Origin: a bacterium
GTDB taxonomy: Bacteria; Sysuimicrobiota; Sysuimicrobiia; Sysuimicrobiales; Kaftiobacteriaceae
Direction of reading: 5' to 3'
DNA: 36,393 nucleotides
Assembly: GCA_044868695.1 (NCBI GenBank)
Contig: JBIOWP010000114.1
Location: 1 to 36,393 of the forward strand
Positions 25,412 through 32,429 of this stretch are shown one piece after another. The position numbers and the translations under genes are program-made. Position 1 is the first letter of the stretch. Every line of letters begins with the position of its first letter. Under the pieces are notes generated by a model that was given only the letters and a program-made list of their open reading frames with translations, searched no databases and was not told the origin of the DNA.

Positions 25412-27718
25412 GTGAGCGAGCCGGCGGGCTGGGTCGGCCGGCCGATCCGCCGGCGCGAAGACCCCCGCTTCCTGCGCGGGCAGGCCCGCTACGTTGACGA
25501 CATCGTGCTGCCGCGGATGGCGTATCTGGCCATCATCCGCAGCGCAGCCGCACACGCCCGTCTCCGGCGGGTTGACGTGTCGGGGGCCTTGGGGGTGCCC
25601 GGGGTGGTCGCCGCCGTCACCGGAACGGATCTCGGGAAATCCGTGCGGTCGATCCCCCCGACGGCTGTGGAAGGGGCGGAGGTCGCGGCGGTCCCACACC
25701 CGGTGCTGGCCGGCGGTGCGGTGCGATATGTCGGCGAACCGATCGCCGCGGTGCTGGCGGATACACGTGACGCAGCCGACGATGCCGCCGCGCGGGTAGA
25801 GATCGACTACGAGATGCTGCCGGCGGTCACCGATCCGCTCCGGGCGCGGCGCGCCCCGGCGCTGCATGAGCAGGCGCCCAACAACGTGCTCCTCCGCTGG
25901 CACCGCACGCAGGGCGACGTAGAGCAGGCGTTCACGTCGGCGGCGCGCACAGTCGCCCAACGGTTCCACATCCCGCGGCTGGCCGCCGCTCCAATTGAGC
26001 CGAGGGGCGCGGTGGTGTCGTATGATCCGGGGACCGACGTGCTCACCGCATGGTGTTCCTCGCAGGATCCGCACCGGCCGCTGGCCCACCTGAGCCGCGC
26101 CCTGGGGCGTCCGGACGATCGCGTCCGCATCATCGTGCCCGATGTCGGCGGGGCGTTCGGCAGCAAGGGGTCGCTGGCGCTGGAGGTGGTGACCGCCGCG
26201 TGGCTGGCGATGCGCACCGGCCGGCCGGTGAAGTGGATCGAGGACCGGCGCGACAACCTGGCCGCGTCTTATCAGGGACGCGGGATGGACGCCGAGATGG
26301 AACTGGCGCTCGATGCCGCCGGAGCGATCCTGGCAGTACGGGCGCATCTGGTCGCCGATCTGGGCGCGTACCTGCTCCCGACGACGGCGCTGGTTCCGGT
26401 CACGGCGGCAATGCTGCTGACCGGGACGTATACAATCCCGGCGGCATCGGTGGACCTCATCGGCGTCGCCACGAACAAGGTGCCTACCGGGCCGTACCGG
26501 GGTGCAGGCCGGCCCGAGGCGGCCTACCTGATCGAGCGAATGGTGGATCTGGCAGCACGCGAGCTCCAGTCGGATCCCGTGGCGCTGCGCGCCCGCAACT
26601 TCATCTCCCCGGATCGCTTTCCGTACCGCACGCCCTTGGGGTTCACCTACGACTCCGGGAACTATGCCCGCGCGCTGAACCGCGCCTGCGAGCTGGTAGA
26701 GTACGACCGGTGGCGCGCGGCGCAAGGCGCCCTGCGACGCGAAGGCAGGTTGGTCGGGATCGGGACGGCCGCCTACGTGGAGCGCGCCGGCAGCCAGCTG
26801 TGGGAAAGCGCGGCGGTGAACATCACGCCCGCCGGGCGGGTCGTCGTCCGCATCGGCTCGACGCCGAGCGGCCAGGGCCACGTGACGACCTTCAGCCAGA
26901 TTGCCGCCGACGCCCTTCAGGTGGACCTGGAAGCGGTGACGGTGGAGCAGGGAGACTCCGGGGTGGTTCCGCGCGGGGTGGGAACGTTCGGGAGCCGCTC
27001 CACCACCATCGGAGGGTCCGCGCTGCTCGGCGCGCTGGATCAGGTCAAACACAAAGCCCAGCAGGTTGCCGGGCACCTGCTGGAGGCGGCGCCCAATGAC
27101 ATCGAGTGGGCCGGCGGCCGGCTGCATGTGCGGGGCGCACCCGACCGAAGCGTTCCTCTCGGTGAGGTCGCCGCGGCGGCCTATCAGCCGGGCCGGCTGC
27201 CGGCCGGCATGGCGATGGGGCTCGACGCACAGCACGTCTTCCGGCTTCCCGGCCCGGTATTTCCGTTTGGGGTCTACGCCGCGGTCGTGGAAGTTGACGC
27301 TCAGACCGGCGGCGTCCAGATTCTGAAGCTCGTCGCGGTCGATGACGCCGGCCGCGTCGTCAACCCGCTGCTGGCTGAAGGGCAGGTCACCGGCGCCGCC
27401 ATCCAGGGGCTCGGGCAGGCGTTTTGGGAGGAGGTCGCGTACGGAGACGACGGCCAGCTGCTGACGGCCACGCTGGCCGAGTACGCCCTGGCCCGCGCGG
27501 AGCACGTGCCGGAAGTCGTCACGGCGTTTTTGGAAACGCCCTCACCGTTCAACCCGCTGGGAGCAAAAGGCATCGGGGAGGCGGGGTCGATCGCGACGCC
27601 GGCTGCGGTGGCCAACGCGGTGATGGATGCCTTGAGCCCGCTGGGCATCCGCCATGTGGATTTCCCCCTGACACCCAGGAAGCTCTGGGAGACGATGTCG
27701 AAGGGAGCGTCCGCGTGA
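25412..27718 (+). CDS. Xanthine dehydrogenase-family molybdopterin-binding large subunit (CoxL form II-like / Mo hydroxylase)
   Basis: 'RREDPRFLRG..YVDD', 'DVGGAFGSK', active-site loop 'PYRGAGRPEA', 'GQGH.T', 'GTFGSRS', catalytic 'KGIGE'. Confidence 0.93.
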   Translation: MSEPAGWVGRPIRRREDPRFLRGQARYVDDIVLPRMAYLAIIRSAAAHARLRRVDVSGALGVPGVVAAVTGTDLGKSVRSIPPTAVEGAEVAAVPHPVLAGGAVRYVGEPIAAVLADTRDAADDAAARVEIDYEMLPAVTDPLRARRAPALHEQAPNNVLLRWHRTQGDVEQAFTSAARTVAQRFHIPRLAAAPIEPRGAVVSYDPGTDVLTAWCSSQDPHRPLAHLSRALGRPDDRVRIIVPDVGGAFGSKGSLALEVVTAAWLAMRTGRPVKWIEDRRDNLAASYQGRGMDAEMELALDAAGAILAVRAHLVADLGAYLLPTTALVPVTAAMLLTGTYTIPAASVDLIGVATNKVPTGPYRGAGRPEAAYLIERMVDLAARELQSDPVALRARNFISPDRFPYRTPLGFTYDSGNYARALNRACELVEYDRWRAAQGALRREGRLVGIGTAAYVERAGSQLWESAAVNITPAGRVVVRIGSTPSGQGHVTTFSQIAADALQVDLEAVTVEQGDSGVVPRGVGTFGSRSTTIGGSALLGALDQVKHKAQQVAGHLLEAAPNDIEWAGGRLHVRGAPDRSVPLGEVAAAAYQPGRLPAGMAMGLDAQHVFRLPGPVFPFGVYAAVVEVDAQTGGVQILKLVAVDDAGRVVNPLLAEGQVTGAAIQGLGQAFWEEVAYGDDGQLLTATLAEYALARAEHVPEVVTAFLETPSPFNPLGAKGIGEAGSIATPAAVANAVMDALSPLGIRHVDFPLTPRKLWETMSKGASA

Positions 27719-28545
27719 ACTCCCTTGCGCTCGACCACATTGTGGTGTTCGTCGAGGACCTGCGCCGCGCGTCGGAGGACTACGCGGGCCTGGGGTTCCA
27801 GGTGACACCCGGCGGCGTGCATACCGGCGGCTTCACGCGCAACGCCCTCATTCCGTTCGCCGATGGGACGTACCTGGAGCTGCTGGCTCCCACGGCAGGG
27901 TGGAAGTTGAGCGCGATGCGCCTGCTCGGAGGCACAGCCGTCGGCGCCGTCGTCACCCGCCAGTCGCCCCTGCTGCGCCGGGCGGCCCGGCGGATCAAAG
28001 CCGGCGAGGGGCTCGTTGATTTTGCGCTGCGGTCCTCGCCGCTGGCCGGCGCCCTGACGGCGGCCGGCCCGGCCATTGGTGTCGACGGACCGATCTCAGG
28101 TGGACGCGTCCGGCCGGACGGCCAGGAGATTACCTGGCAGCTGGCGTTCCCAAAAGTCTCCGCCTTGCCGTTCCTGATCGAGGACACGACCCCCCGGACG
28201 TTGCGCGTGCCGGAGCCCGTTCCGCACCCGAACGGCGCGGCCGGTGTCCATGCGGTCTCCGTCGTGACGACCAGCTTTGACAAGACCGTCGCCCAGTATC
28301 AGGCGCTGCTGGGGCGTGAGCCCTTTGAGACTGTCGCACCGGTCCCGCGTTCCCTCGCGGTGGAGTTCAGGCTGGAGCGCGCATTGATCCGCCTGCTGGC
28401 GCCGATCGGCGCGGACCACCCGCTGCGGGCGCACCTCGCCCGCCGGGGCGAGGGCATCTTCAGTGTCGTCCTCCGGGCCGACCGGGCCGCCAACCTCGAT
28501 CCGGCGCGCGCGCACGGCGCGCCGATCACCCTGGCGAGGAGCTGA
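27715..28545 (+). CDS. VOC / glyoxalase-like domain protein
   Basis: 'LDHIVVFV.DL', 'GGVH..TRNALI.F.DGTYLELL', 'R.RPDG..W', 'LPFLI', 'HPNGA'; GTGA overlap with upstream stop. Confidence 0.85.
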   Translation: MNSLALDHIVVFVEDLRRASEDYAGLGFQVTPGGVHTGGFTRNALIPFADGTYLELLAPTAGWKLSAMRLLGGTAVGAVVTRQSPLLRRAARRIKAGEGLVDFALRSSPLAGALTAAGPAIGVDGPISGGRVRPDGQEITWQLAFPKVSALPFLIEDTTPRTLRVPEPVPHPNGAAGVHAVSVVTTSFDKTVAQYQALLGREPFETVAPVPRSLAVEFRLERALIRLLAPIGADHPLRAHLARRGEGIFSVVLRADRAANLDPARAHGAPITLARS

Positions 28546-28555
28546 CCGGTTCCGC

Positions 28556-29512
28556 ATGGACGTGGCGATCATGATCGAAGGGCAGGACGGCCTCACGTGG
28601 CCGCGCTGGCAGGAGATGGTGCGCGCGGTCGAACGGCTGCGGTTCGCCGGCCTCTACCGGTCCGATCACTTCACCAACGCCGGCCCCCCGGACAAGAACT
28701 CGCTCGAGTTGTGGGTGTCACTGGTCTGGCTGGCCGGGCACACGAAGCGCATCGAGTTTGGGCCGCTGTGCACGCCGGCGTCCTTCCGCCATCCTGTGCT
28801 GACGGCGCGGATCGCGGCCGCGGTGGATGACCTGTCCGGGGGCCGCATGACGCTGGGTCTGGGTGCCGGATGGCAGGAGCGGGAGCACGCCGCGTTCGGC
28901 TTCGACCTGCTGAGCATGAAGGAGCGTTTTTCGAGATTCGAGGAGTCGCTGGACGTCACAACGCGGCTGCTGGCCGGTGATGCACCCGTGACGTATTCCG
29001 GCCGCTACTACCGGCTGCGCGATGCCGTGCTGCTGCCGCGTCCCGGCCGGCCCGGCGGCCCCCCGATTCTGGTCGGAGGCAACGGGGCGCGCCGGACGCT
29101 GCCGCTGGTAGCCCAGTATGCGACGGAGTGGAACGCCACATTCCAGACCCCCATGGGGTTCGCCAGACTCAGCCGCCGGCTCGACGAGCTGCTGGTCGAG
29201 CGGGGGCAGAGCCCGACATCGGTGCGGCGGTCGATGATGACCGGCCTCGTCTTCGGACGGGATGACGCGGAAGTGCGTCGAAAACTCACGGCACGCGGAC
29301 GCAGCGTGGAGGACCTCCGCGGGCGCGGCATCATCGTCGGAACGCAGGGCCAGGTGGTCGATCAGCTCGGCGAGCTAGAGGCCGCCGGCGTGCAGCGGAT
29401 CATGCTGCAGTGGCTCGACCTCGACGACCTCGAGGGACTGGAAGCGTTCGCGAAATCCGTGCTGCCCCCGGTGAAGAAACGGGCGCGCACGTCACGGAGG
29501 GTCCGGTCATGA
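28556..29512 (+). CDS. LLM-class (probably F420-dependent) oxidoreductase
   Basis: 'IEGQDGLTW', 'RSDHF', 'FRHP', 'DDLSGGR..LGLGAGW..REH', 'PILVGG.G'. Confidence 0.88.
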   Translation: MDVAIMIEGQDGLTWPRWQEMVRAVERLRFAGLYRSDHFTNAGPPDKNSLELWVSLVWLAGHTKRIEFGPLCTPASFRHPVLTARIAAAVDDLSGGRMTLGLGAGWQEREHAAFGFDLLSMKERFSRFEESLDVTTRLLAGDAPVTYSGRYYRLRDAVLLPRPGRPGGPPILVGGNGARRTLPLVAQYATEWNATFQTPMGFARLSRRLDELLVERGQSPTSVRRSMMTGLVFGRDDAEVRRKLTARGRSVEDLRGRGIIVGTQGQVVDQLGELEAAGVQRIMLQWLDLDDLEGLEAFAKSVLPPVKKRARTSRRVRS

Positions 29513-30486
29513 TGCGTGTAGGCTTCATCCTTGCGCTGGTGCTGGCCGCGGTCCTTCCCGTTGGGGGCCGGTCGGCCGCCGCGCCGGCGTTTGCCGTTCA
29601 GGAATACCCAGTGCCGTCAGGATCGCGGGCCCACGACGTGGCGCCCGCTTCCGACGGAGGGGTCTGGTATACGGCGCAGGGTGCCGGCAGTCTCGGCTAC
29701 TTGGATCCGCGCAGCGGCAGGACGCGGCACATCACGCTGGGTGAGGGGTCGGCACCCCATGGAGTGATCGTCGGTCCTGACGGCGCCCCATGGGTGACCG
29801 ACGGGGGGCTCAACGCGATCGTCCGCGTGGATCCGCAGACCGGGCGGGTGCAGCAGTTTCCGCTCCCAGCCGGACGAGGACGCGCGAACCTCAACACGGC
29901 AACGTTCGACAAGCGGGGAATCCTGTGGTTCACCGGTCAGAGTGGTGTGTTTGGCCGGCTGGATCCACAGACCGGCAGGGTCGATGTGTTCGACGCGCCC
30001 CGCGGCCGCGGACCGTACGGGATCTGCACGACTCCCGACGGGTCGGTGTACTTCGCCTCGCTGGCCGGCAGCTACATCGCGCGCGTGGACCTTCCGAGCG
30101 GGGAGGCGAGGGTTCTGGACCCGCCGACGGCGCGGCAGGGGGCGCGCCGGGTGTGGGCCGACTCACGCGGCCGCCTGTGGATCAGCGAGTGGAACGCCGG
30201 TCAGCTGGGGCAGTACGATCCGAGGACCGGACGCTGGCGCGAGTGGCGTCTCCCCGGAGAGCATCCGATGCCGTATGCGGTGTACGTGGACGATCAGGAT
30301 TCGGTGTGGTTGAGCGACTTCGGCGCGAATGCCCTGGTCGTGTTCGATCCTGTCAGGGAGGCCTTCGATGTGGTGAAGCTGCCCAGCGCCGCGGCCAACG
30401 TGCGTCAGTTGCTGGGCCGGCCCGGCGAGGTGTGGGGAGCGGCATCGGGGCCTGACAGACTCGTGGTCGTCCGTCGGGGCAGGTGA
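29509..30486 (+). CDS. Secreted Vgb (virginiamycin B lyase)-like beta-propeller protein
   Basis: Signal peptide; repeated blades 'HDVAP..DG.VWYT', 'PHGVIVGPDG..W', 'GPYGI..TPDG', 'PYAVYVD'. Confidence 0.85.
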   Translation: MMRVGFILALVLAAVLPVGGRSAAAPAFAVQEYPVPSGSRAHDVAPASDGGVWYTAQGAGSLGYLDPRSGRTRHITLGEGSAPHGVIVGPDGAPWVTDGGLNAIVRVDPQTGRVQQFPLPAGRGRANLNTATFDKRGILWFTGQSGVFGRLDPQTGRVDVFDAPRGRGPYGICTTPDGSVYFASLAGSYIARVDLPSGEARVLDPPTARQGARRVWADSRGRLWISEWNAGQLGQYDPRTGRWREWRLPGEHPMPYAVYVDDQDSVWLSDFGANALVVFDPVREAFDVVKLPSAAANVRQLLGRPGEVWGAASGPDRLVVVRRGR

Positions 30487-30487
30487 C

Positions 30488-31459
30488 CTATGCTCCCAGC
30501 GGGTGCACCCGCAGCCACGATGTGGCCAGCGCGACGATCATGAGCGCGGCCGCGACGGTGGCGGCAATCGCCGAGACTTCGGTCGGGCGGCGTTCCCACC
30601 CGAGGCTGCGGGCCAGCGAGCGGTAGATCTCGTGGAGTCCCTGCGCTGAGGATGCGTGGAAGTAGGTCCCGCCGGTTCTACTCGCAATGGCCTGCAGGGT
30701 TTCTTCGTCCATCGGCCCGCCGATGGTCCAGCTGTTGGACGGCGTGACGGGTTGCCCGACGCCCACGGTGTAGACGGTCACCTGTTGCTGCGCCGCGAGC
30801 TCGGCCGCGAGCAAGGGATCGATCCCGGCGTTGCTCCGGCCGTCCGACAGCAGCACCACAAATCCCGGGATCAGCCGCCCGGCCGGCGGCGCAGGAAATG
30901 ATCCATCCGCGGCGGGGCCTGACCGGCCGGGTAGGGCCGCGACCGCTTCAATCAAGCCCTCGCCGATCGCTGTGCGCCGCGCCATGCTCACGCCGTCGAT
31001 GAGCGCGGCGATCCGCTCGCGGTCGGTTCCCGGCGGCGCGAGCACCGTGGCAAACCCCGCAAACACGACCAGGCCGACGCGCACCCCGCGTGGGAGGGAC
31101 CGGAGAAACGCCTTCGCCGCGGACTGCGCCGCCTCCAGGCGGGACGGATGGATGTCGGTGGAACGCATGCTCCCGCTGATGTCCATCGAGAGGATGATGG
31201 CCGAGCGGTCGGCAGGAACCGGGAGGGGAGCGATGGGCCGGGCGAGAGCAACGACCAGCGCGGCGACGGAGGCGGCCAGCAGCGCGGCGGGCAGATGGCG
31301 GAGCCGGTTCCCACGCCAGGCAGCGAACAGCGTGGCGGTTGTCGAAAAGAGTACGGGCTCGCGGGGTGGCCTGCGCATGAGACGCAGGTATCCGGCGGCG
31401 AGCAGCGGGAGTAACAGCAGCGCCCAGAGGAAGACCGGCCAGACAAACGTGAGGCTCAT
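30488..31459 (-). CDS. VWA-domain membrane protein (BatA-like)
   Basis: N-terminal 'F.WP..LW.LL', MIDAS 'DISGSM', 'TAIGEG', 'LLSDG', 'IA..TGG.YF', C-terminal TM. Start set to ATG 31459. Confidence 0.88.
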   Translation of the reverse strand: MSLTFVWPVFLWALLLLPLLAAGYLRLMRRPPREPVLFSTTATLFAAWRGNRLRHLPAALLAASVAALVVALARPIAPLPVPADRSAIILSMDISGSMRSTDIHPSRLEAAQSAAKAFLRSLPRGVRVGLVVFAGFATVLAPPGTDRERIAALIDGVSMARRTAIGEGLIEAVAALPGRSGPAADGSFPAPPAGRLIPGFVVLLSDGRSNAGIDPLLAAELAAQQQVTVYTVGVGQPVTPSNSWTIGGPMDEETLQAIASRTGGTYFHASSAQGLHEIYRSLARSLGWERRPTEVSAIAATVAAALMIVALATSWLRVHPLGA

Positions 31460-31590
31460 GGCGCTCGGCACAGCCTTCGTGATGCCGGCGGGCGCGCCCT
31501 GCCTGATGGAACCGCGGCATGAGAGGAGACGTTCACTAGGTGGCCATGAGAAGGAGTAGATGGGTCCGTCCATGGGGGCAGGCGCGGTCG

Positions 31591-32058
31591 ATGGTCTCGC
31601 GCCGCGTGCTGGTGTCGGCCGGTCTCCTGGCCGCCGCTGTGGCCCTTGCCGCCGTTATTATCACGGCGGCCACCAGTCCGCCTCTGCCCGGGGTCGGTGA
31701 CCACTGGCATGCGCGGTATTTGGTCGTGATCTGTGGAAAGCCGATGCCGGATCTTCCCTTTACGCAGGGCGGCATTCATACTCAGGGCGACGGCGTCATC
31801 CACGTCGAGCCGAAGTCGGCGTCGGAGGCGAGGCGGAATGCGAACCTCGCCCGTTTCTTCGCCTCCGCCGGCATCACATTTGGTCGCGACCGCATCGCGT
31901 TTCCGGGGGGGAGCGTGTTTCGCAACGGCGACCGGTGCCCGGACGGATCAACGGGCACCGTGCGCCTCCTCGTCAACGGGCGGATGTCGTCTGCGTTGGA
32001 ACGGTATGTGCCGGCCGAGGGGGATATCGTGGTCGTTCAGTTCGGTCCGAAGCCATGA
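31591..32058 (+). CDS. Hypothetical membrane-anchored/secreted His-motif protein
   Basis: N-terminal hydrophobic segment, 'DHWHA', 'GIHTQGDGVIHVEP', two Cys; ATGA-coupled to copC. Start uncertain (31540/31546/31591). Confidence 0.7.
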   Translation: MVSRRVLVSAGLLAAAVALAAVIITAATSPPLPGVGDHWHARYLVVICGKPMPDLPFTQGGIHTQGDGVIHVEPKSASEARRNANLARFFASAGITFGRDRIAFPGGSVFRNGDRCPDGSTGTVRLLVNGRMSSALERYVPAEGDIVVVQFGPKP

Positions 32059-32429
32059 CGCGCCGCGTGGTCCCGCTGCTGATGGTGGTGATCCTGCTGA
32101 TCCTACCGCCCGCGCTCTCGGCACACGCAAAACTCGTGCGATCCGACCCGAACGCCGGGGCGGTGGTGAAGGTTCCGCCTCAGATCGTCCGCGCGTGGTT
32201 CAACGAAGAACTCGACCCTCGTGGCAGCGCGATGAGCGTCTGGGATGCTGCAAAGCGTCGCGTCGACGACGGCCGCGGAGGGGTTGATCTGGACGATCTC
32301 GACAGGACGTCGATGGTGGCTCGCATGCGGACGGTCGGAGATGGCGTGTTCACGGTACGATGGCGCGCGGTCTCGGCTGATGACGAATTTACCGCTGCGG
32401 GGACCTTCACGTTCACCGTGAAACGTTAA
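32055..32429 (+). CDS. copC: CopC-family periplasmic copper-resistance protein (variant)
   Basis: Signal peptide then 'HAKLVRSDP', 'FNEEL', 'G.FTVRWRAVSADD..G.F.FTV'. Confidence 0.85.
   Translation: MTRRVVPLLMVVILLILPPALSAHAKLVRSDPNAGAVVKVPPQIVRAWFNEELDPRGSAMSVWDAAKRRVDDGRGGVDLDDLDRTSMVARMRTVGDGVFTVRWRAVSADDEFTAAGTFTFTVKR

Noticed and set aside
25319..27505. 728-aa antisense ORF and the many other Arg/Pro/Ala-rich alternative-frame ORFs
   Set aside because: Typical stop-poor shadow frames of high-GC coding DNA with no recognisable motifs
25412..27718. Form I aerobic CO dehydrogenase CoxL
   Set aside because: Active-site loop is PYRGAGR, not AYXCSFR, and coxM/coxS are absent
20408..27718. 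Calling the cluster a nicotine degradation pathway
   Set aside because: Only family-level resemblance; no recognisable 6-hydroxynicotine oxidase, 2,6-dihydroxypyridine hydroxylase or Ndh/Kdh small and medium subunits
29509..30486. Streptogramin B resistance gene
   Set aside because: Only the Vgb-like propeller is evident; it has a signal peptide and I cannot confirm the catalytic residues
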